Part shown: piece by piece, positions 10,717 to 20,249 of the stretch
How the letters are laid out: each line of letters opens with the position of its first letter
Numbering within the stretch: position 1 is the first letter of the stretch
From: Bacteroidaceae bacterium
Lineage (GTDB): Bacteria > Bacteroidota > Bacteroidia > Bacteroidales > Bacteroidaceae
Direction: 5' to 3'
DNA length: 64,000 nt
Assembly (NCBI GenBank): GCA_050946375.1
Contig: JBMNUT010000005.1
Coordinates: 7,522-71,521 of the forward strand
Position numbers and translations under genes: made by a program
The notes under the pieces: model-generated
Databases searched by the model: none
Seen by the model: only the letters and a program-made list of their open reading frames with translations
What the model was told of the DNA's origin: nothing

Positions 10717-12873
10717 ATGAAAACTTCCCAGATTACACGTACTCTTACCGCCTCGAAATGGGCTGTTCCTTCGTTGGCTTTCCTGGTGGCTATCGTGCTG
10801 ATTGTATGGTTCATGCCGCGTGAGGAGAAGTTCAATTACCAGTTTGAGACAGGCAAGCCCTGGAAATACGGCCTGCTGACGGCGCCCTACGATTTCCCCA
10901 TCTACAAGGACGCCGAGGTTGTGGCGCAGGAGCGGGACAGTCTGATGGCTTATTACCGCCCTTATGTCGCAGTCGACGACCACTTGGTCGAAGTGATGCT
11001 CTCCCGCTTGCGCAGCGACTATTCCGGCCGGCTCAAAGACCGCCTGCCCGAGGCCTGGCGCCCCCATGTCGAGCGTCTGTTGGCGGCCATCTATCAGGCC
11101 GGAGTGATGGACTCCGAGCTCTATAACAGCCTGAATCAGGAGAATGTGCAGGAAATCATGTTCATGCGCAGCAACACCGCCACGCCGGTCTCCCTCGCTT
11201 CGGTCTATACCCCCAAGAGCGCTTACAGCCTGCTGCTGAACCAAGATACGGTAAACTACCCCCTTGCGCGCCTCCAGCAGTGCGATCTTAACCTCTATCT
11301 GGAGCCCAATCTGACGTACGATACCCTCAAGTCCGACGACGCCCGGGAAGACTTGATGCTCTCCGTCTCCTCGGCCAGCGGAATGGTGCAGGCCGGGCAG
11401 AAAATCATCGACCGTGGCGAAATCGTATCCCCCCAGACGTACGTGATTCTGGAGTCCTTCCGCCAAGCCTCCCTGGCGCGCACCAGCGACCGCACCGGGC
11501 ATATCTTCATCTGGACGGGGCAGGCGCTGTACGTAGTGATTGTCTTCAGCTGTTTTGCCCTCTATCTGTTCGTCTACCGACGGGAATATTTCGAGCAGCG
11601 TAACGCCCTGTTGCTCATGATTTTCCTCATCGTCTCCTATACGGTGGCGACGTACCTGCTCGTGCGCTTTAATGTGCTGAATGTCTACATCGTCCCCTAC
11701 GCCATGATACCCATTGTCGTACACGCCCTTCTGGAGTCGCGTACGGCTTTCGTGACGCACGTCGTGACCGTGTTGCTCAGTTCCATCGCCCTGCATTTCA
11801 TCTACGAATTTGTCCTTTTCCAGCTCGTGGCGGGCATGGTGGCGGCCTACAGTCTGCGCGAACTTACGCAGCGTTCCCAGCTTTACCGCGTAGCCGTACT
11901 CGTGACGCTCACCTACTCCCTGGCCAATGTCAGTCTGGAACTGATGCACCGCAACGAGATTTCGGCCATCAACCTCAACCTTTATCTTAGTTTCCTGATA
12001 AACGGCATTTTCCTGCTCTTCTCCTACCCGTTGCTTTTCGCCATGGAGAAAGCCTTTGGCTTTACCTCCAACGTGACGTTGATTGAGCTTTCCAACACGA
12101 GCAACAAGCTCCTGCGCCGTCTTTCGGAAGAGGCGCCCGGCACTTTCCAGCACACCGTTCAGGTCAGCAACCTGGCCGCCGCCGCGGCCACCCGCATCGG
12201 GGCCAACGTGCAGCTCGTGCGTACCGGAGCGCTCTACCACGATATCGGGAAGCTCAATAACCCCATTTTCTTCACCGAGAACCAGGGCGGGCTGAACCCC
12301 CATGCCCAGCTTTCTTATGAGCAGGGCGCGAAAGTCGTCATCGACCACGTGCGCGACGGACTCAAGATAGCCGATCAGTACGGTTTGCCCAAGGTAATCA
12401 AGGACTTCATCGTCACCCACCACGGGAAGGGCACGGCCAAGTATTTCCTGGTGTCGTGGAAAAACGAGCATCCCGGGCAGGAGCCTGATTTGGAGCGCTT
12501 TTCCTATCCCGGTCCGAATCCCTTCACGCGCGAGACGGCCCTGCTCATGATGGCCGACGGCGTAGAGGCTGCGTCGCGTAGTCTGCCCGAATATACCGAC
12601 GAGGCCATCTCCTCTTTGGTCGACCGCATCATCGACGGGCAGGTGGCTGCGGGGTTCTTCAACGATTGTCCCCTTACCTTCCGCGATATCAGTCAGATAA
12701 AAGCCGTTTTCCGCGACCGTCTGAAGAGTGTCTACCATCCCCGCGTCAGCTATCCCGAGGAGAAGAAGGCGGCGCCCGCTCCGGCTGTTTCCGCGGAGGA
12801 GAAGCCTGCACTGCCGGCCGCGCCGCAGCCTGCGCCTGAGACTGAGGCATCCGCCTCAAAGAGTGAGGCATAG
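10717..12873 (+). CDS. 7TM-HD (HDIG) membrane phosphohydrolase, PgpH-like
   Basis: N-terminal TM helix plus an extracytoplasmic domain, then a central block of about seven TM helices (aa ~270-450). HD/HDIG motifs LYHDIGKLNNP and HHGKGTAKYF. Pro/Ala-rich C-terminal tail. Confidence 0.85.
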   Translation: MKTSQITRTLTASKWAVPSLAFLVAIVLIVWFMPREEKFNYQFETGKPWKYGLLTAPYDFPIYKDAEVVAQERDSLMAYYRPYVAVDDHLVEVMLSRLRSDYSGRLKDRLPEAWRPHVERLLAAIYQAGVMDSELYNSLNQENVQEIMFMRSNTATPVSLASVYTPKSAYSLLLNQDTVNYPLARLQQCDLNLYLEPNLTYDTLKSDDAREDLMLSVSSASGMVQAGQKIIDRGEIVSPQTYVILESFRQASLARTSDRTGHIFIWTGQALYVVIVFSCFALYLFVYRREYFEQRNALLLMIFLIVSYTVATYLLVRFNVLNVYIVPYAMIPIVVHALLESRTAFVTHVVTVLLSSIALHFIYEFVLFQLVAGMVAAYSLRELTQRSQLYRVAVLVTLTYSLANVSLELMHRNEISAINLNLYLSFLINGIFLLFSYPLLFAMEKAFGFTSNVTLIELSNTSNKLLRRLSEEAPGTFQHTVQVSNLAAAAATRIGANVQLVRTGALYHDIGKLNNPIFFTENQGGLNPHAQLSYEQGAKVVIDHVRDGLKIADQYGLPKVIKDFIVTHHGKGTAKYFLVSWKNEHPGQEPDLERFSYPGPNPFTRETALLMMADGVEAASRSLPEYTDEAISSLVDRIIDGQVAAGFFNDCPLTFRDISQIKAVFRDRLKSVYHPRVSYPEEKKAAPAPAVSAEEKPALPAAPQPAPETEASASKSEA

Positions 12874-12908
12874 ATTGCCGGAAAAGAAGCAGCACTTTAT
12901 TGAATGAG

Positions 12909-12965
12909 GGTGTGTCAAAACGTTCAGTTTTGGCTCACCCTCTTATTATGACACACCGCCTTTTT
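12909..12965 (+). terminator. Candidate terminator of the 7TM-HD gene
   Basis: GGTGTGTCA (12909-12917) pairs with TGACACACC (12949-12957) and is followed by GCC TTTTT. The large loop contains a CAAAAC/GTTTTG mini-hairpin. Confidence 0.5.
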
Positions 12966-13302
12966 GGTAGGTTCGCATGTGTGCGGACAATAGGGCGGGG
13001 CCGTTTCCCGCTGGTCTGCCGCAGGCGGACGGGGCAGGGGACGATAGGGGCAAAGACGGGGCAGGGAGCGTCGGAAAGCAGCCCGTGAGTGTTCCGAAAG
13101 TCGCTTTCTTTGTTTCTCATTACTCTTGTTGGGTTTGTCGGCAGAAGGCTTTTCGGAAGAGGCCGTTCCGCACTCCGATGGGGGAAAACAATTCGTTTTT
13201 AGGTCAGTGTGAATGCTTTTCTGTTCCGTTTGAACCGTAGATTTCCCCTCTGTATGCGATTCTGGTATTTATTAACGCGGCCTGTGCGCACAATTCGGGC
13301 TT

Positions 13303-13346
13303 GTTTCATTTCCGTTTCATCTCCGTTTTATTCTTGTTTCGAGTCG
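13303..13346. repeat. Four tandem 11-bp units GTTTCATYTCC-like
   Basis: GTTTCATTTCC / GTTTCATCTCC / GTTTTATTCTT / GTTTCGAGTCG, contiguous, with a period of 11 bp. Confidence 0.7.
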
Positions 13347-13540
13347 ATTTTCCTCGTTTTGAGGCTTAAAAGTATGTTTTTGAACAGGATTTTCCGGTAT
13401 TCTTAACCGACAAGTCGGCGGAGGATAGGCATTTGCTTTTTTAACACAACAGTGTTTAATCGAAAAACTAAAGAAGCGTGAATATTTTGCGAGTTTAATA
13501 TGAGAAATGACAACTAACTTCTTTTCTTTTAGCTCCGTTT

Positions 13541-13834
13541 TAGCACTTTTCGGCCGGTTTTTTGCTCGAAAATAGCCCCTCGTAAACCGCCTTTTCGGGC
13601 AACTCGAAAGCGCATTTTCAGGGGCTTTTCCGGAGAGTCTTTCATGTGCCTCTCGATGTTCTGAAAGTCTTTGTTTATCGGGCTTTACGCGATTTCTTGC
13701 CCGACGGAATCCGTTTCCGGAAAGCGTCTTCCTGGGACGGTCGGGGCGAAGTGCTTTCGGACCCTTTCTCCGGTTCGCCCTGCACGCCCGGAATATGTTT
13801 TGCGGCAAGTCCCTAAAATTTTTCACGAAAAAGT
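13541..13834. repeat. Degenerate array of TTTYCGG/CCGRAAA-cored units upstream of the FAS1/SusCD promoter
   Basis: At least 9 cores: CTTTTCGGCC 13546, CTTTTCGGGC 13591, ATTTTCAGGGG 13614, CTTTTCCGGA 13626, GTTTCCGGAAA 13713, GCTTTCGGAC 13753, CTTTCTCCGG 13765, GTTTTGCGGC 13797, TTTTTCACGAAAAAG 13820. Spacing is irregular (12-49 bp). Confidence 0.5.
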
Positions 13835-13844
13835 CTCCTATTAT

Positions 13845-13877
13845 TTTGCTTGTCTTGTGTTTTTTGACTTATCTTTG
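13845..13877 (+). promoter_or_regulatory. Bacteroides-type promoter of the FAS1/SusCD operon
   Basis: TTTG at 13845-13848, a 21-nt spacer, then TATCTTTG at 13870-13877. This leaves a ~90-100 nt AT-rich leader before the ATG at 13977. Confidence 0.5.
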
Positions 13878-13976
13878 CAACACGTACTCTAAAAAGGGGA
13901 CGTTGTGCCCTGACATTTGTGCGGAAAAAATCGAGAACAAATAAAACTAAATTACTAATTCATAACTAATAAGCGA

Positions 13977-16877
13977 ATGAAAACAAGATTGTGCTGTTTG
14001 TGCTCTAACTTGGCGTTCGGTCTTTTTCTTATGGTCGGTACCGGTATGCTGGTATCTTCGTGTAAGAGCGACTTGGACGAGTTGCTGGAAGACGGCACCT
14101 CGCCGGAATGGTTGGGTTCGAGCATTTATTCCACGTTGCAAGAACGGGGGAATTTTAACTACACGTTACGCTTGATCAACGACATGCCCGGTTATGCTTC
14201 TATCCTCTCGCGGACGGGTAGCCGTACTGTCTTCGTGGCAAACGACGATGCTTGGGAACGTTTCTTCCGGGGCGAATCGTATAACCCGTGGTTGAACCCC
14301 GGTGAGACCATGACGTACGAAGACCTTACGCAGGCACAGAAGCAGTGGATCATGAACAACTCGATGATCAATGCAGCTTACCTGATTGAGCGCCTCTCTA
14401 CGACCTCTTCCAACGGTTCTTTCTCCGAGGGGCAGGCTATGCGCCGTGAGGCATTTACTTCGCAAGAAGATACCACGAAAATCTACTACGGAGACCAGAT
14501 TACGAACAAGCTCTCCGGTTTGAGAACTCAGAACACGCATTGGGACAACATCCTCAACACGGAAGATACACTCCACCTCGGCTATGCGCGCAACGATGAA
14601 GTTCTTATGGTGCACTTCACCGACGATCTGCGTGAGAACAAAGGCATAACCGATTTGGATATGAGCTACATCGTGGGTGGAAAAGGCACGGAAAACGCAA
14701 CGGATGCCTATGCTGATGATTTGACGAACCGTCCCTGGGCTTCTGATGAGGAGCGCGAAAATCGTACCTATATATATACGGATCCCGTTATCGAGCAGGA
14801 CATCACCTGTCAGAACGGATACATCCACGTGTTGGGCGACGTGCTCGTTCCGCCTTCCAATATGGCCGACGAACTGGAGAAGCAGGAAGACTGCTCGATT
14901 TTCTCCAGCTTCCTGGACCGCTACACCATGCCGGTCGTAATCGGTCGTACGTCCAACGGCAAGAACATCTATCGTAAGGTGTACTTCGCTGCCAGTGGTT
15001 CGTATGACGGCTCCAACTACGAAAACGCAGGTTCTACCGGTCTGTCGCGCGACTCCAGTGACAACGAAATGGCAACGCTTGCTTTCGACCCGACGTGGCA
15101 CCACAATACTTATTCTACTGAAACCTATCAGCAGAACATGGCAGCCATGTTTGTTCCGACCAACGAGGCTCTTACCGAATGGTGGAACAGTTCTACCGGT
15201 CAGCTGGTCATGAACGGCATGTCGGACTGGAGTGAAGTGGAAAACAGCTTGCTCCGCGTGCTGATCAACGTACACATGAAAACGAGCTTCACCAACAGCT
15301 TGCCTTCCAACTTCTCCCGCATCCTGAACGACGGTAACCGCGAGCAGGGAATCACCGAGAGCGATGTGGTACGCACGATCTTGGCAAACAACGGCGTAAT
15401 CTATGTAGTAAATAAGGTATATACGCCCGACTCTTATATTTCCGTTATGGCTCCGCTTCACAACGTGGCAGAATTGACCGTAATGCAGCGCGCCGTAACC
15501 TGCACCGACCAGACGACTTACATCCCGGACGGATACGGAACGTATCTGAACTCCATGGAAAGTACGTTTACCTTCCTCATTCCGGAAAACAGCGCTCTGA
15601 TCGATTATCGTGATCCTATTTATTGGAATGCCGCTTGGGCTACCGGCGACTATCGTCAGATCAGCTTCGAGTATAACACGACTTCTACGTGGTCATCTTC
15701 TACCGGAACACGTTTCAACGTAGGTGCTACCTATCAGGATGTGACCGACGCTACTTCGCAGTCCGGTACTATTGAGGGTACCAAGGGTATGAACCTGCTG
15801 AAGGATATTCTGGAGAACAGCATTATCGTGATGGACAACAACAGCGCTCAGTCGGAATGGACCTCCGGAAACGGCGGCTACTACCAGACGAAGGGCGGTG
15901 CTATGGTATACATCGATCGTTTTGCTGAAGGTGGCCATGTATATGGTGGTGGTAACACGGACCGCGCTTCCGGCGAATATGATCCGGCTACGGTAACCGT
16001 CTTCTACAACCAGTCGGCTTACAACTTGAACGGTATGACCGGTTCTGACGGTAACGGTGTTTCCCTCCAGCTCGACAAGGTGGTACAGCCTTCGCGCACG
16101 AGCGTGTTGGATGCTTTGCAGCAGCACGATGAGTTCAGCGAGTTCTATAATTTGCTGACCGGTCTGGATGAAGTACTGGCTACCTACGAAGATGCTACGG
16201 AAGACCCCGGTCTTGACGACGAAGAGGGCGACGGTTCTGAAACGGGAACCGGTATGTCTACCTTCCTTACGGCTGTGAATACCAATGCGGATACAGCTCG
16301 TCTGTATAATCCTGTTTATAATTACACTGGAACTTCCACGTACACCAAGTCGCCTGTAATCAACTTCTTGGGTAACTACAACTACACGTTGTATGTTCCG
16401 ACCAATGAAGCTATGGCTGAGGCTTATGCACAAGGTCTTCCTCACTGGAGTGACCTGACTGTTCCGGGAATGACCGACGGACAACAACGTGAGATCTGCC
16501 GCAAGATCATGAACTTCATCCGTACGCACTTCCAGGATACTTCTATTCCTACCAACGGTAATGCCGGCTACTACAAATCGCAGTCGTTCAACTCGGCAGA
16601 AGGTGTGTTCTATGAACTGTATTTCGATCCGGCAGCTGGTGAGGTGTACACCCGCGAGCAACCCAGCGAAAGAGCTCATCTGGTAGACCCCACCACCAAG
16701 GTGCCTGCACGCGAAAACCTTTCGAACATCATTTCGCGCGATTATCGCTTCAGTGCTGCAGCTACGAGCGATGCTGCTACGATTTCTTCTTCTGCACACG
16801 TGTTGATTCACGCCATCGATGCTCCCTTGTTCATCAGTGCGTTGGACAACAATGGAATCAGAGAACAATTTGAATAA
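13977..16877 (+). CDS. Lipoprotein with about four fasciclin (FAS1) domains
   Basis: Lipoprotein signal ...GMLVSSCKSD. Repeated FAS1 H1/H2-type motifs: TVFVANDDAWERFF / NGYIHVLGDVLVPP; AMFVPTNEALTEWW / NGVIYVVNKVYTP; FTFLIPENSAL; YTLYVPTNEAMAEAY / HVLIHAIDAPL. Confidence 0.75.
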   Translation: MKTRLCCLCSNLAFGLFLMVGTGMLVSSCKSDLDELLEDGTSPEWLGSSIYSTLQERGNFNYTLRLINDMPGYASILSRTGSRTVFVANDDAWERFFRGESYNPWLNPGETMTYEDLTQAQKQWIMNNSMINAAYLIERLSTTSSNGSFSEGQAMRREAFTSQEDTTKIYYGDQITNKLSGLRTQNTHWDNILNTEDTLHLGYARNDEVLMVHFTDDLRENKGITDLDMSYIVGGKGTENATDAYADDLTNRPWASDEERENRTYIYTDPVIEQDITCQNGYIHVLGDVLVPPSNMADELEKQEDCSIFSSFLDRYTMPVVIGRTSNGKNIYRKVYFAASGSYDGSNYENAGSTGLSRDSSDNEMATLAFDPTWHHNTYSTETYQQNMAAMFVPTNEALTEWWNSSTGQLVMNGMSDWSEVENSLLRVLINVHMKTSFTNSLPSNFSRILNDGNREQGITESDVVRTILANNGVIYVVNKVYTPDSYISVMAPLHNVAELTVMQRAVTCTDQTTYIPDGYGTYLNSMESTFTFLIPENSALIDYRDPIYWNAAWATGDYRQISFEYNTTSTWSSSTGTRFNVGATYQDVTDATSQSGTIEGTKGMNLLKDILENSIIVMDNNSAQSEWTSGNGGYYQTKGGAMVYIDRFAEGGHVYGGGNTDRASGEYDPATVTVFYNQSAYNLNGMTGSDGNGVSLQLDKVVQPSRTSVLDALQQHDEFSEFYNLLTGLDEVLATYEDATEDPGLDDEEGDGSETGTGMSTFLTAVNTNADTARLYNPVYNYTGTSTYTKSPVINFLGNYNYTLYVPTNEAMAEAYAQGLPHWSDLTVPGMTDGQQREICRKIMNFIRTHFQDTSIPTNGNAGYYKSQSFNSAEGVFYELYFDPAAGEVYTREQPSERAHLVDPTTKVPARENLSNIISRDYRFSAAATSDAATISSSAHVLIHAIDAPLFISALDNNGIREQFE

Positions 16878-16896
16878 TAAATAGGATTATATAATT

Positions 16897-19800
16897 ATGA
16901 AAGAACGACTGAAATACATATTGCTTTTTGCAATATTCTGTAGCTCGCAGTTATTACTCTGGGCCCAGGACGACGCGGCAGACAATATGGTGCGCGGTAC
17001 CGTGACATCGAAAGCCGACGGCCTACCCATGATGCAAGTAAACGTAACGGAGGTGGATGCGAACAACCGTATCTTCTCTGCTACAGTGACCGATATGAAC
17101 GGTGAGTTCTCCATGAAAATCAAAAACCCGAAGAATTCCCTGCAATTCAAATATATCGGATATAAGACCGTGACTCGGGGTATGAGCTCAGGCGAACGTG
17201 TCTTCAACATCGAAATGGAAGAAGACAACATGCTGGAGACCGTCTCGATTACTGCAAAACGTACCTCCAACACGGGTGCGCTCGACATTCCCGAACGGGA
17301 AATCTCTATGGCGGTGCAGAAAATCAGTACCAAGGAATTTGAAGGTATTTCTGCTGCATCTATCGATGAAATGTTGCAAGGACGTATCGCCGGTCTTGAT
17401 ATTCTGTCCAACTCCGGTGACTTGGGTAGCGGTATGAACATGCGCTTGCGTGGTGTATCTACCTTGAGCGGTAACACGCAGCCTTTGATCGTGGTCGATG
17501 GTATCGTGTTCGAAACGAACTCTACGACCGACCTCGACTTTGCTACGGCTACGGAAGACCAATATGCTGAATTGCTGCAAATCAGCCCGGACGATATCGA
17601 AACCATTACGGTATTGAAGGATGCTGCCGCTACGGCTATCTGGGGTTCCAGAGGTTCTAACGGTGTATTGCAGTTTACGACGAAGAAAGGTGTACGTGGT
17701 AAAACACGTGTTCAATACACCTATCGTTACTCCGGTAAATGGCAGCCGAAGGGATATGACCTCCTGAACGGTGACCAATATACAATGTATATGAAAGAGG
17801 CATACTTCAATGCCGCTTACGATGCTGCCGCTGCCGACGTGCCTGAAATTTCTTACCTCCCGCTGAACCAGTTCGGATATGCCAACGAGTTTGACGATAA
17901 TACCGACTGGGTAGACGAAATCAAACAGTACGGTCAGACGCACGACCACTATGTAACGGTAACCGGTGGTGGTGAAAAAGCGCGTTTCCGTATATCCGGT
18001 GGTTACTACGATGAAAAAGGTACCATCATCGAGCAGAACTATACGCGTTATTCTTCTCGTATGAACTTGGACTACTTCGTATCCGACCGTTTGAAATTTA
18101 CGACTGAGTTCTCGTTCACATTCTCCGACAACAAGGAAAATGCGGACGACCTGATGAACATTGCCCTGCGCAAGATGCCTAACCTCTCTATCTATCGTGA
18201 GGATGCAAACGGCAACGACACGCACGACTACTTCACTTATCCTGCCTACAATTCGGAAGTTACCGGTATCTATGCTACGAGCGACATCGGTAGCCAGGAC
18301 GGTCTGGTGAACCCCATTGCTTCTGCACATTTGGCGTACAACAACTCGCAGACATACCGTATCATCCCGACCTTCCGTATTCAGTATGACTTCCTGGATC
18401 CGACCAAGACGCGTCTGTTGTATAAGGGTTACATCTCGTTCGACGTGAACAACAGCAGCAGCGACTCCTACTATCCGAAAGAACTCTCTTCCGGTACGGT
18501 TTGGTACGACCAGGCACAGACCGGTACGTATAATGAGAACAAGAGCCTCGGTGTGGCTATGGAACATGCGTTGACATTCACTCCGAAGTTCGCCAACGAC
18601 GACCACTCTCTGATGCTGTATGCGGCCTTGCAGATGAACTGGGGTAACAGCTCCGGACAGACCATCGGTTCCGACCGTCTGCCTTCGGGCATCACTTCCC
18701 CGTCTACGGGTACGTATCTGAGCAACTTGGCTTCCGGTCCGGGACGCTGGCGCAGCATGGCATGGGTAGGTACAATCCACTATGCTTATCAAAGCCGCTA
18801 TATGGTTGACTTCGTGATCCGTCGTGAAGGTTCGACCAAGTTCGGTAGCGATAACAAGTTCGGTAACTTCCCCGGTATATCTGCACGTTGGAACCTCTCC
18901 GACGAGTCGTTCATGGATTGGTCCGACAGCTGGTTGAACATGTTCTCTATCCGTCCCAGCTGGGGTGTCTCGGGTAATGCGCCCAGCAGCGAATACCTTT
19001 ATTATAGCCGCTACAACCAGAACAACGGTTACATCAATACTTCCGGTTTGTCTCCTGCCAACGTACAGATGACCCGTCTGAAATGGGAAAAGACTTCGCA
19101 GTGGAACATCGGTTCGGATATCGAATTGTTTAACGGCAAACTGGCCGGTGACTTCAACTACTACCACAGCTTGACGACCGACCTGCGCGTAAACCTCTCC
19201 GTACCGACCTCATCCGGTTTCACGACGTATGAGAACTGGAACTCCGGTGAAATCCTCAACCGTGGTTGGGAAGTCAACTTGAATGCATACGACCTCCTGA
19301 AGTTCGGTGACTTCTCGGTAGACTTCAACTTCAACATCGCAAACAACATCAATACCATCGAGTTCCTGGATGAGTCCGTATTGGCCAGCTACAACTCCGA
19401 ATATGGTTACAGCAACGGCGAATACCTCTCCCGTATCCAGCTGCACAACGCCTTCGGTTCTATCTACGGTTTCCGTTACAAAGGCGTTTACCAGTACAAC
19501 TATTCTTATAAGAACAGTGAGAACGTAGGTCGTCGCGACCAGGGTTACGCCGGCGAGCCGGTTGCACGCGATGCTGCAGGCAACGTAATCTACGACGAGA
19601 GCGGTGCTCCGAAGCACATGGTATTCCACTTCGGCGATGCCAACCAGTATACCTTCGCCGGTGGTGATGCTATCTACGAGGATATCAACCACGATGGTAA
19701 CATCGACGCACTCGATATCGTTTACCTTGGTAACTCTAACCCGGACTTCAACGGTGGTTTCGGTGTTAAGTTCAAATATAAGAGATTGTCGCTGAATATC

Positions 19801-20229
19801 TTCAGTAACTTCCGTTATGGTAACAAGATTGTCAACACGGCCCGCCTGAACCTGGAGAGCATGCGCGACGGTAACAACCAGAGCGTATCCATCAACTGGC
19901 GTTGGCGTAAGGACGGTGACGTGACCAACATGCCGCGTGCACTGTACGATGCCGGTTACAACTCCCTGGGTAGCGACCGCTACGTAGAAGACGGCTCCTT
20001 CTGGCGTATCAAGTACATCACCTTGAACTACTCCATCGATCCGAAGCTGTTGAAGAAGTACTACCTCTCTCAGTTGAGCTTCTACTTTACCATCAACAAC
20101 CTGTGGTGCTTCAGCAAATATTCTGGAGTTGATCCTGAAGTTTCCTACGGTACGTGGGGTGTATCTACCGATAACGCGCAAACACCGCGCTCTCGTTACT
20201 TCACCGCCGGTATTACCGTTGCATTCTAA
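16897..20229 (+). CDS. SusC/RagA family TonB-linked outer membrane transporter
   Basis: Signal peptide; CarboxypepD_reg-like segment VRGTVTSKADGLPMMQVNVTEV; plug motif ISPDDIETITVLKDAAATAIWGSRGSNGVLQFTTKKG; 1110 aa; C-terminal YFTAGITVAF (terminal Phe). Confidence 0.9.
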   Translation: MKERLKYILLFAIFCSSQLLLWAQDDAADNMVRGTVTSKADGLPMMQVNVTEVDANNRIFSATVTDMNGEFSMKIKNPKNSLQFKYIGYKTVTRGMSSGERVFNIEMEEDNMLETVSITAKRTSNTGALDIPEREISMAVQKISTKEFEGISAASIDEMLQGRIAGLDILSNSGDLGSGMNMRLRGVSTLSGNTQPLIVVDGIVFETNSTTDLDFATATEDQYAELLQISPDDIETITVLKDAAATAIWGSRGSNGVLQFTTKKGVRGKTRVQYTYRYSGKWQPKGYDLLNGDQYTMYMKEAYFNAAYDAAAADVPEISYLPLNQFGYANEFDDNTDWVDEIKQYGQTHDHYVTVTGGGEKARFRISGGYYDEKGTIIEQNYTRYSSRMNLDYFVSDRLKFTTEFSFTFSDNKENADDLMNIALRKMPNLSIYREDANGNDTHDYFTYPAYNSEVTGIYATSDIGSQDGLVNPIASAHLAYNNSQTYRIIPTFRIQYDFLDPTKTRLLYKGYISFDVNNSSSDSYYPKELSSGTVWYDQAQTGTYNENKSLGVAMEHALTFTPKFANDDHSLMLYAALQMNWGNSSGQTIGSDRLPSGITSPSTGTYLSNLASGPGRWRSMAWVGTIHYAYQSRYMVDFVIRREGSTKFGSDNKFGNFPGISARWNLSDESFMDWSDSWLNMFSIRPSWGVSGNAPSSEYLYYSRYNQNNGYINTSGLSPANVQMTRLKWEKTSQWNIGSDIELFNGKLAGDFNYYHSLTTDLRVNLSVPTSSGFTTYENWNSGEILNRGWEVNLNAYDLLKFGDFSVDFNFNIANNINTIEFLDESVLASYNSEYGYSNGEYLSRIQLHNAFGSIYGFRYKGVYQYNYSYKNSENVGRRDQGYAGEPVARDAAGNVIYDESGAPKHMVFHFGDANQYTFAGGDAIYEDINHDGNIDALDIVYLGNSNPDFNGGFGVKFKYKRLSLNIFSNFRYGNKIVNTARLNLESMRDGNNQSVSINWRWRKDGDVTNMPRALYDAGYNSLGSDRYVEDGSFWRIKYITLNYSIDPKLLKKYYLSQLSFYFTINNLWCFSKYSGVDPEVSYGTWGVSTDNAQTPRSRYFTAGITVAF

Positions 20230-20249
20230 TCTTAAAAGAATAAGTTGAA

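Noticed and set aside
10612-12738. A 708-aa ORF antisense to the 7TM-HD gene. Similar long antisense ORFs occur at 1994-3112, 4548-6251, 14166-15461, 15693-16868, 17188-19167, 19210-20262, 22571-24130, 26622-28748, 30148-31398, 33641-35245, 35293-36885, 38076-39272, 40833-42005, 47672-49450, 57181-58470 and 61245-63122.
   Set aside because: Each lies fully within and opposite to an ORF with clear family motifs. Their translations are Arg/Val/His/Gly-rich with no recognisable motifs, signal peptides or sensible starts. These are typical shadow ORFs of GC-rich third-position codon bias.
13317-13826. A 169-aa minus-strand ORF in the long non-coding region.
   Set aside because: It is highly basic and low-complexity (RKGPKALRPDRPRKTLSGNGFRRARNR...), it is the translation of the repeat-family array, and it has no promoter box or family resemblance.
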